Shown here one piece after another: positions 62,483-64,000 of a DNA stretch of 64,000 bases (positions are counted from its first letter, which is position 1; each line of letters starts with the position of its first letter). The notes beneath the pieces were generated by a model. It was given only the letters and a program-made list of their open reading frames with translations. It was not told the origin of the DNA and did no database searches. Made by a program: the position numbers and the translations under genes. Source of the stretch: Myxococcota bacterium (GTDB lineage Bacteria; Myxococcota_A; Polyangia; Polyangiales; Sandaracinaceae); the NCBI GenBank assembly GCA_036149055.1, contig JAYZQJ010000248.1:16853-80852 (forward strand), written 5' to 3'.

Positions 62483-63904
62483 ATGCATCACCTGTGGGAA
62501 TCCGCTCTCTCGACGCTTCGGGGCCGGCTCTCGGAAGAGAACTACCGGACCTGGCTCGAGCCCGTCCAGCTGGACCGGCTCGAGGGAGGGACGGTCACCC
62601 TACGGATCCCGAACCGTTTCTACGCGGACTGGATCAGCACCCACTACCTCGACCTCATCCTGGAGTCGCTCAGCCACGAGTCCGGCGTGGACACGCTCGA
62701 GGTCGACTGGCTGGTGGACGAGAAGCTGCAGCAGATGCTCGACCGTCGCGCCGACGAGGCCCGCCGTGAGGAGCAGCAGGAGCGCGCGCAGCAGCAGCAG
62801 CGGCCGAGCGCCGAGGCGCCGCGGGGCCCCCGCAACAGCGCGCCCCCGCCGCAGCCGCCCTCGCACCCGCCGGCCGACAGCGGCCTGAACCCGAAGTACC
62901 GGTTCGACAACTTCATCGTCGGTCCTTCGAACCAGCTGGCGCACGCGGCGAGCGTCGCGGCCGCGTCCAGCCCGGGCACCCGCTACAACCCGCTCTTCAT
63001 CTACGGCGGCGTGGGGCTCGGCAAGACGCACCTCGTCAACGCGGTCGGTCACCGCGTGCGGCAGGACAAGCCCGACGCGCGCGTGCTCTTCCTGAGCGCC
63101 GAGCGGTTCACCAACGAGTTCATCTGGGCGCTGCAGAACCACCGCATCGACCAGTTCCGCGAGCGCTACCGCACGAGCTGCGACGTCCTCTGCATCGACG
63201 ACATCCAGTTCCTCGCCGGTCGTGAACAGACGCAAGAAGAGTTCTTCCACACCTTCAACGCGCTCTACCACGCCGACCGCCAGATCGTGGTCACCTCCGA
63301 CGTCTACCCGCAGCAGATCAAGGAGATGGAGGAGCGGCTGATCAGCCGGTTCCAGTGGGGCCTCGTCGCCGACATCCAGGCGCCCGAGCTCGACACGCGG
63401 ATCGCCATCCTCAAGAAGAAGGCGGAGCAGGAGCAGATCCCGCTCGACGACGACGTCGCGTTGATCATCGCGCAGAAGGTGCAGAGCAACGTGCGCGAGC
63501 TCGAGGGCACGCTCCTCCGCCTCGCCGTGAAGGCCGAGCTCACCAACAACCGCATCGACGTCGACTTCGCGCGGGACGCGCTCGGCACCGTCGTGCCTCG
63601 CCTCGAGAAGCAGACGACGGTCGAGGACATCCAGCGCGCGACGTGTGAGTACTTCAACCTGCGCCTGAGTGATCTGAAGTCGCACCGCCGCCACCGCGCG
63701 GTCAGCTTCCCGCGCATGGTCGCGATGTACGTCAGCCGTCAGCGCCTCAAGCTCAGCTACCCGGAGCTCGGCGACCGCTTCGGCGGCAAGGACCACACGA
63801 CGGTCATGAGCGCGGTGAAGAAGATCGGCGGCCTGCTCGACAAGGACGACGAGGACGTGAAGAACGCCGTCGCCGCCATCGAGCGCAAAGTCGGCTTCAG
63901 CTGA
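62483..63904 (+). CDS. dnaA: Chromosomal replication initiator DnaA
   Basis: YNPLFIYGGVGLGKTHL, IDDIQF, QEEFFHTFN, SRFQWGL, FGGKDHTTV. Confidence 0.98.
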   Translation: MHHLWESALSTLRGRLSEENYRTWLEPVQLDRLEGGTVTLRIPNRFYADWISTHYLDLILESLSHESGVDTLEVDWLVDEKLQQMLDRRADEARREEQQERAQQQQRPSAEAPRGPRNSAPPPQPPSHPPADSGLNPKYRFDNFIVGPSNQLAHAASVAAASSPGTRYNPLFIYGGVGLGKTHLVNAVGHRVRQDKPDARVLFLSAERFTNEFIWALQNHRIDQFRERYRTSCDVLCIDDIQFLAGREQTQEEFFHTFNALYHADRQIVVTSDVYPQQIKEMEERLISRFQWGLVADIQAPELDTRIAILKKKAEQEQIPLDDDVALIIAQKVQSNVRELEGTLLRLAVKAELTNNRIDVDFARDALGTVVPRLEKQTTVEDIQRATCEYFNLRLSDLKSHRRHRAVSFPRMVAMYVSRQRLKLSYPELGDRFGGKDHTTVMSAVKKIGGLLDKDDEDVKNAVAAIERKVGFS

Positions 63905-63910
63905 GCTTTC

Positions 63911-64000
63911 TGGAGGGTTTGGTGCAAACCCGCCCCCCCCTGGGGGAAGCCCCCCAGGGGGCCCCCCACCGCCGCCGCCGGCCCGCGGGGCCGCGCGCCC
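63911..64000. repeat. REP-like element copy after dnaA (truncated by window end)
   Basis: TGGAGGGTTTTGGTGCAAACCC...CCCCCTGGGGGAAGCCCCCCAGGGGG parallels 45929-45990. Confidence 0.6.

Overview
Very GC-rich bacterial chromosome segment, most likely Myxococcota (a Sandaracinaceae/Polyangiales-like organism; this is inferred from gene content such as DUF2378, Cys-rich lipoproteins, a PEGA-type Ser/Thr kinase and many two-component systems). About 57 CDSs can be read. Most long ORFs in the supplied track are shadow frames, so many start positions were re-called. Housekeeping genes include plsX, clpB, rpsU, glgA, glgC, nrtR-pncB (with its operator), a thiolase, a LeuA-family synthase, an RND pump, a CbiX-type chelatase, and dnaA with upstream DnaA boxes. 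Highlights: (1) two paralogous candidate small-RNA genes at about 45812-45926 and 46535-46646, each with a sigma54 -24/-12 promoter, a shared upstream palindrome and two hairpins with C7-C8 loops and compensatory stems, separated by a 64-bp tandem repeat array; (2) a translationally coupled ECF sigma / anti-sigma / TPR-CHAT protease / S8 protease operon followed by a sigma54 activator that has no input domain; (3) a 1.7-kb head-to-head repeat array at 15760-17440; (4) a small lipoprotein with repeated PCL motifs. All protein family calls come from motif recognition by eye; no database searches were run.
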